Origin: Camelus dromedarius
Lineage: Eukaryota
Direction: 5' to 3'
Assembly (NCBI RefSeq): GCF_036321535.1
Contig: NC_087437.1
Coordinates: 82,896,001 to 82,960,000 of the forward strand
DNA: 64,000 bases
In this document: in pieces, positions 1 through 12,480 of the stretch
Numbering within the stretch: position 1 is the first letter of the stretch
Layout of the letters: every line of letters begins with the position of its first letter
The notes under the pieces: generated by a model
Databases searched by the model: none
Told to the model about the DNA's origin: nothing
What the model saw: the letters and a program-made list of their open reading frames with translations, nothing else
Program-made: the position numbers and the translations under genes

Positions 1-230
1 AACAACAACAAAAAATTCTACCTTTTTTATTCTTTTATTCCACACTGCTTCAAAAGGGGTGGGGATTTATATATTAAAATTTAATTCCTTTTCATCCAAT
101 CCCAAAATTATATCCTTTAGGAATCATTATTAAGTGGAAAGATCCAAAGGCCTTAAAATTATATGAACATATGGTTCACATCAAACACCACTCATATTTA
201 ATAGGGCAGGGTAAGAATAATATTACTGAC

Positions 231-334
231 CTGATGTTCTTATCCCATAGGGCAAATCAAATTTATCGCTACCATAGAAGGAAGCAATATTTTTAAAATC
301 AGCTGCACACAGAAAAGGGTGAAACTGATGAAAC
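231..334 (-). CDS. ST3GAL6: ST3GAL6 third coding exon: (R)[34 protein letters not shown](A), 104 bp. The gene continues beyond the window edge.
   Basis: ccttttcttccag|G TTT CAT...ACA TCA G|gtcagt, in frame with the upstream exons. It contains the FDLPYG motif that precedes sialylmotif L in ST3Gal enzymes. Confidence 0.97.
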
Positions 335-1799
335 CTGGAAGAAAAGGATAAAGAATGATTTTCTCAAATGCATATAATATTTGAAGGTTTTTAAAATCAC
401 AACTGAAAATAACTGCAGTAGGTCATTCATATTATTACATTGACTATATACGAACACAGAATTATTTTTAAGATTCTTTAAAAATCATCTTAAACACTAT
501 TTAAATATTGCCTAGAGTCGGATACACAATGGAACTGCACACCCAGACACACTTTCCAGGCGTGGATCCAAAATTATGTAACAGCTTCGGGGCTGGTGAT
601 AGGGGGTGGGGGTGGGGGGGGCACCAAATTTAAAAACAAGACACCACCAAGTACAGCCCCATACAGGAAGAAAGAAAGGAAGTAATAAGGGACAATAAAA
701 GTAGTGATGCTCGTCCACCCCCAAAGGAAAAGATGCCCTAGGTATAAAGCTGTTGTCCCCTGTGAAAATAAAGACACTAACAGTTAGATGTAGCTGGAAC
801 CAAACTCTTTCCTAATGTCATTAAATTAAAATCTGCTCAAGAACAAGAACTATGGGTATCTGTCTCCTTACTGCCTGCCCTGTCCCTCTCGCTCCCCGTC
901 AGGTACCCTCTCAGACGAAAGAGAGACCGTGACGAGGCGCCTGTTTTTTCTCACTTTTAGCTCCTGGCCCAGAGCAGGCAGACAACGTACGTTTGATAGA
1001 TGATAAATGATTGAATGAACGTCAATTTCAAATTAATTCTTAATGGGACCATTATGAAGTAGAAAGAAATAAAAAAAAAATTGTTTTAATTAAAGAGAAG
1101 GAATAGGTCAAGCACATATTAAGACGCTATCCTCACCTACCAGCAGGACTAGGTACTGCAAACCCTCACCCCAACCCCCTCACATGGCCGATCTTTCCTG
1201 CCTTACCAGTTTTGCTCTTTTTTGGTATAAAAACTGCTGGTAAAGATCAGAGTGCCCCTGGGGTTTGCATGACAAAATGGAAATAAACAGCAGCGTACTA
1301 GGGGCGAATTAGCTTCAGTTCTATCTTGGCTTTGCTACTCAGGAGCCACTAAGGAGCTCAAGATTTCAGAGCCGAGCAAGAATTCACACCATATTCAGAC
1401 TAAGCAAAGAGGTGAGAGACCAGTCTTTCCTACACAGTGAGTAGGCTGTGTGTCCCAGATTCAGTTGTGCCACATAATAGCAGCCTTGGGGAGGGTCCAG
1501 CCAACCCTGAAAGGTCATTTTCTGTGTCAGGGTTGATCCCTAAATTTAGGATCTGCTCTGGGAAGAGGAAGTGTCAGGTCACCTGACTTAAGATTGAGAG
1601 GAGACTCAAGATCTTCCCAGGCTTCCTTGGGAAAGTAAAACATGACGACTTTGCACATTGAGGTGAAGGCAATGACAGTCTCTAATCTTTGGGCGGGGGG
1701 CAGTGAAAATGATGGTGACAAATGGTTAATGTCTATTCCAGTCAGACCTTGCCCTAGGTGACTTACATTTTATTTCTAAATGCAACCATTGTTAAGCAC

Positions 1800-2262
1800 T
1801 GTGGACAAAGAATGCTGCCTGCCATCTCAGTAAACAAAGAATGCTGTGGCCAGCAAGCCTTCAGCCACTGCAGCCACCCTGACTGTGTACCCTGGGGGGA
1901 GTGCAGGAGGGGGAAAAACAGGATGCTGACCCTAGATAGTTAAGATACACATCAAAGGAATAATTTCAATGAGTCCAGACTCTCACATCTTCCCATACAC
2001 AGAAAAGTATGAAATTCATTACGTTGAGACGTCTAGTTTTTCTTTAATTAGCAGTAATCGTTTGATGTTCAACTACCTCGTTTTTTTTTGTTTGCTGTTT
2101 GTTTATTGCAAAAACTCCTATATACCCTGGCTCCTCGCCTATCTCTTCAGACCCATCCCTCAGAGCTGTCTGACAGGCTGTATTCCAGGCTTAAGTCCTC
2201 AGTAATTCCCTAAATAAAACATAATTCTCAGCTTTTAGGTTGTGGCTTTTTTTCAGTAGTCA
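1800..2262 (+). mobile_element. Solo LTR, ERV1-like family (copy 1)
   Basis: TG...CA ends, perfect 4-bp TSD gcac (1796-1799 / 2263-2266), TATA-like cctatata and AATAAA near the 3' end. Homologous to copies 2 and 3. Confidence 0.85.
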
Positions 2263-2451
2263 GCACCATGTCTCACATAGTAGGGGATGCTCAGTAAGCA
2301 CCAGTCTTATCTGTAATAATTATCCATTACATTATAGTGTATTATAGCATGTTATATTACATTATAATGTAACACATTACGTTATGTCTCTGTTGTCCTT
2401 ACTCCTACACAAGCTTGGAAAGGAAGGTAAATTTTACTAATTAATTTACAC

Positions 2452-2908
2452 TGTAGACAAAAAAATGTCACCTGCCATTTCAGTAAACAAAGGATGTTGT
2501 GGCCATAAAGCCATCAGCCACTGTAGCCACCCCTATGGCGCACCCTGAGGAAAATTCAGGATGGATGAAAATACGATACTAGCTTCACATGGTTAAAATG
2601 CATATCAAAGGAATGATTTAAATAAGCCCAGACTCTGGAATCTTCTCATACATAGAAACGCACTAAAATCATTAACTTGAGATGCTGTTTCTGTGTTAGT
2701 AGTAACCTTCTGATGTTCGACTACATGGGTTTTTTTCTTCTTTTTTTTCTAAGCAAAAACTCCTATATATCCTGGCTCCTCCTTCACCTCTCTGGAACAA
2801 TCCCTCAGAGCTATCTGAGATGCTGCCTGCCCGAAATACAGTTCTCAGTAAGATGTCTAAATAAAACCGAATTCTCAGCTTTTAGGTTGTGCACTTTTTC
2901 GGTCGACA
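2452..2908 (+). mobile_element. Solo LTR, same ERV1-like family (copy 2)
   Basis: tgtagac...gtcgaca short inverted termini, TSD acac/agac (1 mismatch), colinear similarity to copy 1. Confidence 0.85.
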
Positions 2909-3264
2909 AGACAAAGAAACTGAAGCTGTGAAAACAAGTAACTATTATCTGGAGCCACTAACCCACACCTGACAAAGCTGAGATCATACTCAAGTTCAAT
3001 GTTAAGGAAAGGTGTCCTCTTCACAGCACTGCAAGTAACACTTTCTAGTTTCCCAGCAGAGCTTCTCCCGACGGCTACTGGCAGAGGAGACAGCCCCGCC
3101 TCCCGAGGATACAGGTCACATGACCAGTGGGCATCTGCTGGTCACTTCAACTGCTGGGCAACCTTCCATGAATACTTTAGACCTGCTGGGTTTCCTCAGA
3201 AAGGAAATATCTATTTTCTCTAAAGCTGTAGAGTACCTTGATTCTAGAGGAGTGCTGTAAAACC

Positions 3265-3470
3265 TGCAGTCTGCAACCCAGAGGTGGCTCATGAAATCAG
3301 TTCTGCAAGTCACAAGCCGCACATTTTAAAAAAGCGATAGAAGAGAATACTGGGTGTCTGGAGTAGGAAGGGTAAAATGCCTTTGTTATTCATTATAAAT
3401 ATGTATGCATACTAAATTCCAAAGTAAAATGTGTTTCTTACTATGTGTTATGGTTAAAAAAAAAAAAAAA
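3265..3470. mobile_element. Degenerate hAT-Charlie-type DNA transposon fragment (MER-class MITE)
   Basis: Motifs gcaaccca..gtggctcatgaaatca and gtaaaatgtgtttcttactatg..atggttaaaaaa resemble recalled hAT-Charlie consensus. Family not determined. Confidence 0.45.
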
Positions 3471-4200
3471 AGAAAGTAAAAGCTTCTCATTGTGCAGTAG
3501 TCCTAACTGGACACACAGCCGGGGATAAACTACAAGCAGCCACAGTACACTCGTAGCCACGTGCAAAAGTAGTTCATGTGCCTGCAGTTCTGCAGAGGAC
3601 TGGCTGATTCTGAAGGGACCTGTAGACCCGAAAGTGAAAGAACCAGTCACAGAAAGATGCAGTGATGTAAGAAAAGACAGTAAGAGAAGAAAAGGTGAAT
3701 TTGTGATCTTTAGTCGATAAAATGCTGAAAAGCTTGTCTGTGTTTTACACAATTCAACATGCCCAGACCAGAACTTTCATTTATTTCTATTTATCTGGAA
3801 ACATTTTCGCCAGCAATCCGTCAAAGATGCGGTGACAGAGGAAAAGCGTACTGGTGGATGGGAGAGTAAATTCTCTACAAGTCCTGACAACCATAACGAA
3901 AACCATTATTTACATTCTATAGAGTTCACTGAAAGTCTATGAAAGGCAAATTTCTACTGTAAAGTTTAATCTAGAGGCAAGGGAGAAGAAACCACAATAC
4001 AGTAAGAATGGAAAATGACATGGGAACCAGACGGGAAAATAAAACCCTAAAGGACCATTCACTTTTTTTTTTTTATGATTAAACACAAATAGACCTCTCT
4101 ACTATCACTTCTTTGAAAAGAATATTGGCCTGACTGAGTTCTTCAATGTCTTCTTTCAAAATACATGTAGAGCTCTGACTAAAAGCACAAAAAGACACAG

Positions 4201-4298
4201 GGGAGGTGGATATAGCTCAGTGGTAGAGCACATGCCTAGCATGCATGAGGTCCTGGGTTCAATCCCCAGTACCTCCACTAAAAAAAATAAAAAATATA
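4201..4298 (+). mobile_element. tRNA-derived SINE (camelid Vic-1 type)
   Basis: A box tagctcagtgg, B box ggttcaatcc, A-rich tail, TSD aaaagacacagg/aaaacacacagg. Confidence 0.9.
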
Positions 4299-4443
4299 AA
4301 AACACACAGGATATTCAAGCTCTTCTTAAATATAGGGTGTCAACTTTATACTGCTAAGGTTTGCATGGAAAAAAAAAGTGTGGAAAATGATTAGAAACAC
4401 ATTTCGAACATTTTGTGTGCCACAATTTCTTTCATATTTTTAC

Positions 4444-4521
4444 CTCAAGAGAGAGGCAAAGGCTGGCTTTGATAAACAAGGCTGGATCTTATTTCTCCGC
4501 TTCATTTCCACAGGTGGCACC
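4444..4521 (-). CDS. ST3GAL6: ST3GAL6 second coding exon (stem): (W)VPPVEMKRRNKIQPCLSKPAFASLL(R), 78 bp
   Basis: ctcacag|G GTG CCA...TTG AG|gtaaaa. Phases 2/2 fit both neighbouring exons, and the peptide is the C-terminal part of ORF 4440..4694. Confidence 0.97.
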
Positions 4522-5599
4522 CTGTGAGACAAAAACAGCATCAGGCAGAAACCAGAACCAGGCAGCCGCCCAAAACAAACCAAAAGCCCAGGAACCCCTG
4601 TGGTGCCCCAGCTGAGAGGCTTCTCAGACTGGGAACAAACATCCTCATGTGGCCCCTGAGGTATGACAGGACCTTTGCCAAGTCCTGGACACATCTGAGG
4701 ATTCGTGGATGCAAAGCAAGAGAGAGTGGAGAAGGCTGAGGTGATAAGTGACCCAGAAGGGGTTCAAAGAGCAGTGACTCAAAAGAACCCTTTGAGAAGA
4801 ACCAGGACAACAACACTGTGGAAGGTACCACCGGGCTCATGTTTCAGAAGTTCCCGAAAGCCTGACAAATCCGATTCAGCCCGAATGCACCCAGCTTCTG
4901 CTGGCGGTCCCCACGTTATCCAGTAAACAGCACAGAGACACTGCCCTGAGCAGATGCCACAGCCCCTGCTGGTGATCTGGGGACTCCACGAATCACACCA
5001 TTTAGAGCCATATCTGACTCTCCTCTGCTGTTGGCACAGGTTGGTGTTTGTGTGTCTCCTGAATGGAGCACTTGTCTCCACAATTTAAAAGGGTATTGTG
5101 GAACAGGACAGAACACAACAATGAAAATAAATGAAGGGGACAGGGGGCAGAGGGAGGAGGGAGGAGATCTAGACTCAGCCAGGAAAGAGGAAAACAGCTT
5201 GATAAGAATGTATTAGTGATCATCAACTGTGTGAAGAATTAATCTGAAAAAGAAAACTAATCAATTTTCTTCTATACTCACAGGGCTCAAACTGAAAGAA
5301 ATAGCCTAAACCGTTCATGGATAGATTCAGTTCCCCATCCCACTCCCCTTTTTTGGTACAAAATCCCCAGCTAGAACAGCTAGGTTCCTGAACCACGAGG
5401 CTAAGTTCTTATGCAGAGACACATCTTTTGTAAATACCCCAAATGGCAAAAATGTCTCTTGATTTATAGGTAAGAAATGTATATAAATATGGGGACCAGC
5501 ACACCAAGCCATAAAAACCAAATTATATTCAGAGAAAAAAACAAAGTATATTACTTGGTTTCTAAGGTTGTTAAAAAACAATTTTCTCACACCAAAAAA

Positions 5600-5718
5600 A
5601 AAATATGACAATGAATATGTGTATGTTCATGTATAACTGAAAAATTGTGCTCCACATTGGAATTTGACACAACATTGTAAAATGACTATAACTCAATAAA
5701 AAATGTTAAAAAAAAAAC
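5600..5718 (+). mobile_element. 5'-truncated L1 3' end with poly(A)
   Basis: L1 3' UTR terminus (aacattgtaaaatgactataactcaataaaaaa) shared with other L1 tails in this window. Confidence 0.75.
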
Positions 5719-7053
5719 TGTTTTGAGATACTGTGAAGACAACTTTGCATGTTTTTTTTTTAAAAAAAGACAAATATCTGTTTTAAATAGTTTTAAGGAA
5801 GCAATTTCACAGCACAAACATGCATCTGAGGTAATTTCCCACGAGACTTTCTGTGACTGGAGTAACATGTTAGCTTAGGAGTGACACGAACATTCCTCAA
5901 ATTCTGAGGACAAAACTGCGCTGAATTCAGACCCTTTTCTTTGTCTTCTTTATCATTTCTCCATGACAAGACAGGATTGGTGCGGAAGTAGCAGTCTACC
6001 AAACCCCGTGTTTTCTCTTCTGCTCTTGTTTTCCATTACTAAGTGTGGGGCAGAGACAGGATGTGGCAGAGATGAAGGCAGAGATGCCTGTGGTAGAACC
6101 ATCATATGGTGTATAACCAGACTTCTAAGACATCTAGCTCAATATTTAAATCTAAAGCCTCAAAATTTAGGGCCAAATCCATCCACCTGGCATTGGGTTT
6201 TTCCAGTAACCATTTGTCTTCCTTCAGTCCATGAAGAGCATTACAATGATTTTTCAGTCAACCAATGATGAAATGAAATACAAAAGCATCCATTTATTTT
6301 ATCATCTAGTTAAAACAAAAACAAAGCAAAAAAACCTAAAAAACAAAAAACCCTAGAAACATGCTCTAGGATCTACTCTTGAAACAGTGGCAGAAAGTAC
6401 TGAACTTTTTCCTAAGACAGGAGGTTGTTATCTGGTTTACTGTGATGGCATGTACTAGCACCCATTCAGGATTTAAAGGCCATCAAAGCTGTATTCCTCA
6501 CCAAAGGACTGACAATAGGGAAAAGGACAAGAAGTTTATTAAAGAAGTTTTCTCTGCAATAAAACTACTTGCACCTCTTCCAATTTTATACATGACATTT
6601 CAGGTCAAAGTGGTTTCAAAATGTACCTATGTCATTACTCACCAAATATTTTTTAAACAAAGGAAACCATAGCAGTGTCTATATTTTAGCAACAATCTCT
6701 TCTAGCATTTTAGGCTCTAAGAATCAAGTATCACTGAGCCCAAGAATGACTCCATCAATTCAAAAGATGAAATATTATAAGTGAAGAATGTTATGTCCCA
6801 GAGATGGTCAACACCCCTGCTTCACTAAAGAGTCAAGAAAAAGATGGTGTTGCCTATCAGTTGTTAAGCTGTTAGATGCAATGTATAGGGTATTAGAACG
6901 GTATAACCCCAATTCATAATGGGAAAGCTAGACAAGGTTCAAAGTATTACAGGCTGGTTTTTTTTTTTTTAATAGGTCCCTCTAATATAATTTGCATGTC
7001 TGTGTTAAAGACTAGTTTTGGACTCATTCTTAAACAGCAAAAATGAAACTTAC

Positions 7054-7142
7054 CAGTAGACATTTGTTCCCCATAGTATACAGTGCAGCACATAATAGAG
7101 GAAGACAGCACTCAGGAATATGGCCACAAGGTACCCTCTCAT
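7054..7142 (-). CDS. ST3GAL6: ST3GAL6 first coding exon (short cytoplasmic tail and signal-anchor TM): [29 protein letters not shown](W). The whole exon is 7054-7153, including 11 nt of 5' UTR.
   Basis: Minus strand reads tttcag|GTGGGCCAGCC ATG AGA GGG TAC...GTC TAC TG|gtaagt, with a canonical acceptor, GCCATG Kozak context and a canonical phase-2 donor. The peptide matches the N-terminus of mammalian ST3GAL6 as I recall it. Confidence 0.97.
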
Positions 7143-7723
7143 GGCTGGCCCACCTGAAACACAAGGAATGAAGGCCAAAGGAACAGTGAGATTGTTACAC
7201 AGATGGATTTACACAACGTCTTACCTACAAGCATCAGTGAATAAACAGAGAGAGACAGAGAGAGAGTAGAAAAAACTGATGGAAGCCAATTATTTTGGAA
7301 ACACCCACTAAAGTGTCAAAAAGAGAACATTTTTTTGTTTCTCCTCATCCTCTTTAATCAACACAACGCAATTCATGTTTAGACCAATAAGCAGTTCCAA
7401 TGTTTCAAAGCTAGTGGCTTCCATACTACCTTCCCATGTTAGGTAAGAAAAAAATTTCATTTGGAACAAAATTTTACCTATCTAATCAATATCCAAAACT
7501 TTTTTTCAGAAATATTAAAAAATATCTATTTTCTCTCTCAAAAGAAAGTGAATCTATGCCTTAAAATATAAACATTTTGCTTCACCAGTGCTTGAAATGA
7601 TTCTTAAATGCTATTCATGCTAAAAGTCCTTTTCCTAATTTGAAAGAATTAGAGAAACAAGGTTGCTAAAAAATACCTCCCCCCTCAAAAAAATACTTCA
7701 CACATTCTCAACTTTTATATACT

Positions 7724-8430
7724 TTTAGATGTACCATATCACGGCATTGGTAAATTTAGCCAATTTTTTGCTTGTTTTTATATTAAATGGACAGTACAGT
7801 TCACCACACATTTATCAGTCGACCAAAAAATGGGCACAATCTTCCCTAGAAAACAAATGCACAAAAAAGCCTCTTTACAAAATATATTTTTAATAGTCTA
7901 AAGCATTTTGTTTAGTTCCCACTTCTGCTTCAAAGGCAGAAATAAATGTTCTCACTTCCATTTGTAACTAAATGTCAAACACAAATTTAGTACATGCTTC
8001 TATACTAGACCTTCTATTTCACTGCATGTTACTTAAACAGATATACTATTTCTGTGCATCTCTTGTCGAGTTTCTGATTCATCAAGACATATGAAGGTAC
8101 CACTCCACTCACTCCTGTCCGTATCTCTTAACCTCAAATGGGGCAATGCAGTGTAGACCATGTGAGTCTGGTTAGATTCTTAAAGCGCTCCATTGTCTTA
8201 AGTAGAATGTACTAAACATAATTTCAGATCTCCTTGATGGTGTGAGGACCTCGTAATGAATGTCATAATTGCTCTGGGTTCCCTTAGAGTTGAGACCCTC
8301 TGGAGCTCAGGAGGGTGTGGGCTGTTTGGAAGCACCCCTAAGCTGTAGTGACGATCCCGCGGTGTCGCCTCCCTTGCTGTCAGCTGCTGCTCCTCACTGC
8401 TATTAAGGCCGCCACCGCCCCCACATGCCA
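7724..8430 (-). pseudogene. Candidate processed pseudogene (retrocopy) of an unidentified mRNA
   Basis: On the minus strand a GC/CpG-rich 5' end grades into AT-rich 3' UTR-like sequence, flanked by 13-bp near-direct repeats (7711-7723 / 8430-8442). Parent not recognised. Confidence 0.4.
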
Positions 8431-9031
8431 CTATTATATACTAATTGGAAATGACTGTAGTCAGGAGGAAGCAAATGAATGCATTAAACCAGCAGACTTT
8501 AGTTTACACATGCTTCTAATTTAGTGGATATAATCCCCATGAGGGTCAACACGGGTGAGAAATCAGAAGACATGAATCGGGGCCCAAGTCCTCATAATTC
8601 CTGGCTTGGCGGACCTTAGGTCCATCATTTTACCTTTGCCAACAAGTGACAAGTGAAAGCACACAGCAGTTTCGGTTATTAGGCTGATTAGCCAAAGTGA
8701 TGGGCGTCCGGCATAACCTATGACACAAAAATATGTGCTGAATGAGTGTGTGTATTTCATGGTTGTTTGTTTTCTAAAACTAAAGCCAGCTGTGCTTTCC
8801 TCTACACAGTAAAATGCACGGGTTTGAGAAAGACAAAGGGAGACTCGATGCAGCCAGTGCTACATTCTCACGGGCCTCACAGGAGATGCGACTGCGCGTG
8901 GCTGTGGCAGAAAGGCCAGCGTCTTTCGCTGGCAAAGGAGCACAGCACAGACGGGACACGTGACCACCCCAAGCTCGTGCTTCCCTTCCCACTTTGTTCT
9001 GTCTTCCTCATCCATTTCTAATGTCTGTCTT

Positions 9032-9165
9032 GGGGAGGGGATAGCTCAGTGGTGGAGTGTGTGCTTAGCCTGCACGAGATCCTGGGTTCAAACCCCAGTG
9101 CTGTCCATTATAAATAAGCAAACAAATCTAATTACCCCCACCCCAAAACATAAAAAATTAAAAAA
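9032..9165 (+). mobile_element. tRNA-derived SINE (Vic-1 type)
   Basis: A/B boxes, ctaattacccc tail motif, poly(A), TSD tgtctgtcttg/tgtatgtcttg. Confidence 0.9.
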
Positions 9166-11199
9166 GTGTATGTCTTGATGTATTATGCATGACTTTAAAA
9201 ATCACCTTAAATTCTTCTCAGTAAAATGCAAGAAATAAATTGCATGATCATTAGTGGGTAAAAAAAAAAAGTATGATACTGTGTTTTTTTGAGAAATAAT
9301 TGGTAAAATCCAAGTAATGGAGAGAATTAAGGTTTGGGATGATCAGAGTACAAGTCTGAGACAGTGAGGAGTTTGGGAAGTTGGATGCATCACTGAAAGT
9401 GCTTAACTGAGGAAACAAAGACAACAAGACAGCCAGCCAGAGCCTGGCCCTCATGACGCGTCCAACAAATGCTAGCTTTTTGTTTCTTCCCTTTCACGCG
9501 TGAGAGAAGTGAAAATATTACACACTTTGGCCAGAGTCCATGGTCCATGCTCCATGCTGACAGGACACAGGGAGCCGTGTGGACGGGGAGTGGCTCCTCC
9601 CTTCGACTGAATTGGCCTCAGCAGAATGCTTTGGTTTTGTTTTTTTATACAAGTGTCAGGCAAACATGAATGGAGGATAAATATAAAAGAATCCAAAGAA
9701 CACAGTCGAATTCTTTCTGTACCCTGTGACTCCTTTGAAAATACACTGTAATTTAAGCCTTTTTGGTTGTACACGCTGATGGTCTCAGACATCAGGGGTG
9801 TCTGGCAACCCGGGGAGTCCTAGAACCCCAAGTTAGCCTTGTACCGAGACAGTTTTGGAAATTACTGATGTCAGGCACAAGACTGCCCTAGAAGACCTTC
9901 ACCACAGGCCAAAAGAGTCACCAAACAACCTACTTAAATACTCAAATTAAATATGTTTAAGACTCTACCCAGAATAACACCAGTTTTGCAAATACCCAAC
10001 AAGGAAGCCACTTATCACTGTCAGCAATGGTTCAAAACATGTTTACACTGAAGATAAGACAGCACGTGGAGGTCTAGAGAAAGAACTCAGTATTTACAAC
10101 TCAATTTGCTTATCTGTCCCTCAAAACACATTCTTTGAGAAATTTATGTATTATTTTATAGAGCACAGAAGTATGAGTGAATTACTGTTTTTCATTCACC
10201 CACTTGTGGCTTAGCTGAAAACAAAGAAGTGTGAGAAAACACTATTCTTTTTGTCCTCAAAAGTAAAATGAACCTTCTCTTGGAGGAGCCACTGCATACA
10301 CCGCGTGAGAGGTTTCAGCTCTGCCACTCTCTACGTGCCCCAGGCAACTCCAGGCAGCCACATTCCAGTTGCAACGTCACCCAGGGCCAGCCAGGATATC
10401 CTTGTGATAAGCATGTGGAGTCCCTCTGCTTGCTCACAGGAAAAACTTTCACAAACAAATGAATTCTCTAATTTTAATTCTATGGATGAAATGACCATTT
10501 TGCTTTGAGCCAAAGATTTCAAAGGAAAACCAGTTAGAATTTAACATCGAGTGCCCGTTTTAAAGGTTGGGTGGGGCAGGGAAGGTCCCTTCAACATAAC
10601 TTCAATTACTAAAACAAACAAGTTTCATGGTCTTGACAATAAATGAAACATACCAGCTTCTTGGATGGGGCTGCTACTAAGACCAGGGTCCTTAAAACAT
10701 CCTTTATAAACTGCAAGTCATAAAGCAATTATGCATCTAAAGTGTGGTACAGGGCATCAAGGGTGGGCAGGACTCACTGGCAGAGACCAAATATGTATTT
10801 CTTCTCAAATGATGATACATAACCCAAAATATGAATAATCTACATATACCAAAGTGAGCTCAAACTTGGCAACAGTTTCTCCTTCTCTTTAATAATAAAA
10901 GTACATTTTATAAATTCATAAATGCTTGTATAGCCATCACTTTACTTAAGATTCAAAACCAGCTTGATAAATCAACGTTCAGGCATGATCTTAACGAATG
11001 AGGGAGCTGAAAGGTTCTGAGGTTGAGTGAGCTGTCTCAGTTTACACAGTCTAACAGACAAAAACAGACTAAAGCCTGACCATTTCTTTCTCACAGTTCT
11101 ATTCCTGGTGTCATCCTGTCTATCAAGACAAAAGCCAGGAGGGGAACTAGAAAGACAGAAGTCTCATGTGTAACTTCCTGACCGTGGTGGCCAGCATTC

Positions 11200-11395
11200 C
11201 AAAAGGGTAAGTTCAGACCTGGGTGAAGGGGACAGGGTGGCAGGTCTGGGGGTCCACGCCAGCTGGGGGCTTATTAAAGTGCACAGTTCTGAACCCCTAA
11301 TTCACCTGTGTCTCTGGGCTCCAGAACATGCGCTGAAACAAGCTCCCTCCCAGTCTGATTCTTATGGGTCCTCAAGTATGAGAATCACTGCTCTA
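11200..11395. mobile_element. MER5-like hAT-Charlie MITE fragment
   Basis: aaacaagctccc..gattcttatg..aagtatgagaatcactgctcta resembles the MER5A terminus. Confidence 0.55.
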
Positions 11396-11734
11396 GGACA
11401 CTCAAGAGAACCATGGAGAAAAAAAAAAAGTAACATTTACTGAAATACAGAGACGGTAACAGATATTACAGTAATTATCCCATTAGACACTAGATGGCAA
11501 GCTCTGTGAGAGCAGGACTTGTCCATCATTTTATTTCCATTTATTTATTTCCTTACTTCTAACAACACCTGTCACACAGATGCTCAGTAGACAGTCTCTG
11601 AATGTAGTTACAGATCCCATAACTAGATGCTTTGTATTAATTTTTTACCCTAAATGCCCAGCACATGGCAAATGCCCAATGGATAATGGCTGATTAGAAT
11701 CATAATCTCTGACAAAGGCTTGTGGTGTAGTATC

Positions 11735-11900
11735 TCACGTCATCCTCACGACCGCCCTGGGAGGGAAAGAGTAAACTTCCAATTCCCATTTCACAGATGA
11801 GGAAACCGAAGCTCTGAGAGGAGGGGTGACTTTCCTGAGCTGACTCAGACCTGTATCTGCCATCCCCGAGCCCACGCCCTGCGCTGCCGCGCTCCCGATG
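11735..11900 (-). mobile_element. MIR SINE with GC-shifted end
   Basis: MIR core cccatttcacagatgaggaaaccgaagctctgagagg. Confidence 0.75.
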
Positions 11901-12480
11901 GGAGCTTTTACACTCAGGTGAAGGTCTAGCCTTCTGATACCAGACTAAACATTACAGAATGTCGAATGTGTCCATCCCACCAGCTCCTTAAGCAGCATAA
12001 ATTCTAGGAGTTGGTGCAAAGGAGAGAAAGTTGATAGCCACAGACTGTGTTGAAATAAAACCCTATTACTCACAACCTTGTTTTTCCCAACCCATTTCTC
12101 TGGATTTCAGGAAATCCATTATTTTTTTCTCCATTCCTTTGAGTGTCCCTAGAGCAGTGATTCTCAAACCTCAATATGCAGAAGAATCATACTGGAGGGT
12201 TCTTATTTCAAAGCACATTCTTGAGCCCCTCAAGTGACCATAACAGCATTGCTTAAACAAACAAAACAAAAACCCTATGACACTTGAATGACACTTGAAA
12301 ATGGTCAGATTTTTATTTTTAGATTCTCCTAAAGCTTGTTCAAACCAAAGGGGATTTGTTTTTCCAACAACCAGCTAGAAAGAAGCATACATTCAGCAAT
12401 AATTCTAGAAACAACGTTCTATTTGCCAAGCCCAAAAACACTGGGTAACTCAGTATCATACGACTCCAGGGAAGAAATAC

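Noticed and set aside
1800..2908. A single two-LTR provirus or TRIM-like mini-element
   Set aside because: Each LTR has its own TSD, the copies are diverged, and no PBS/PPT is evident in the spacer.
4201..4280. SINE heads as functional tRNA genes
   Set aside because: Multiple diverged copies with poly(A) tails and TSDs, so these are retroposed SINEs.
4440..4694. ORF 4440..4694 as a longer exon
   Set aside because: Only 4444-4521 is bounded by splice sites and matches ST3GAL6. The rest is intron read-through.
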